Assembly: GCA_965153355.1 (NCBI GenBank)
Contig: OZ231126.1
Span: 15,314,001 to 15,378,000, forward strand
Length of the DNA stretch: 64,000 bases
Reading direction: 5' to 3'
From: Flaccisagitta enflata
Taxonomy: Eukaryota
Part shown: in pieces, positions 63,815-64,000 of the stretch
Layout: the number at the start of each line of letters is the position of its first letter
How positions within the stretch are numbered: the stretch's first letter is position 1
Translations under genes and position numbers: made by a program
The notes under the pieces: generated by a model
Databases searched by the model: none
What the model saw: only the letters and a program-made list of their open reading frames with translations
Told to the model about the DNA's origin: nothing

Positions 63815-64000
63815 CTGAGCAGTGAGAAAAAATGATTGTCAGACGACCTTTTCCACTTTTGCATGCTCCAATCTCCGTCTCCGTCTAATAATTAAGAGGC
63901 TTTGTGTGTAGCTGAAAGTTGGTTTACAGAGTGTAAATGAATAGATAAACTATGCAGGAAATGGGGACGTTGACGCGGTATGATGTACTTTTTCTGACCA

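Overview
Eukaryotic (invertebrate metazoan-like) genomic DNA with spliced genes separated by repeat-rich introns. On the + strand, in order: the last exon of a probable RPA3; a complete CERT1 ceramide transfer protein gene (PH-FFAT-START); an unnamed two-Ig-domain type I membrane protein; ASCC2; an SHB/SHD/SHE/SHF-family SH2 adaptor with an intact antisense CR1-group LINE in intron 1; and CFDP1 (BCNT). On the - strand is a prolyl 4-hydroxylase alpha subunit whose 5' end lies outside the window. The most striking signal is in the Ig receptor: its last exon has one in-frame TGA (21780-21782) followed by 599 more open codons ending in a PDZ-ligand-like DSQF, a candidate for stop-codon readthrough or recoding. 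Introns hold foldback MITEs with readable target-site duplications and several Helentron/DINE-1-like non-autonomous elements, each carrying a different tandem-repeat payload, including a four-level nested insertion. Exon boundaries were read by eye from GT/GC-AG sites, phase continuity and remembered homology; no searches were run.
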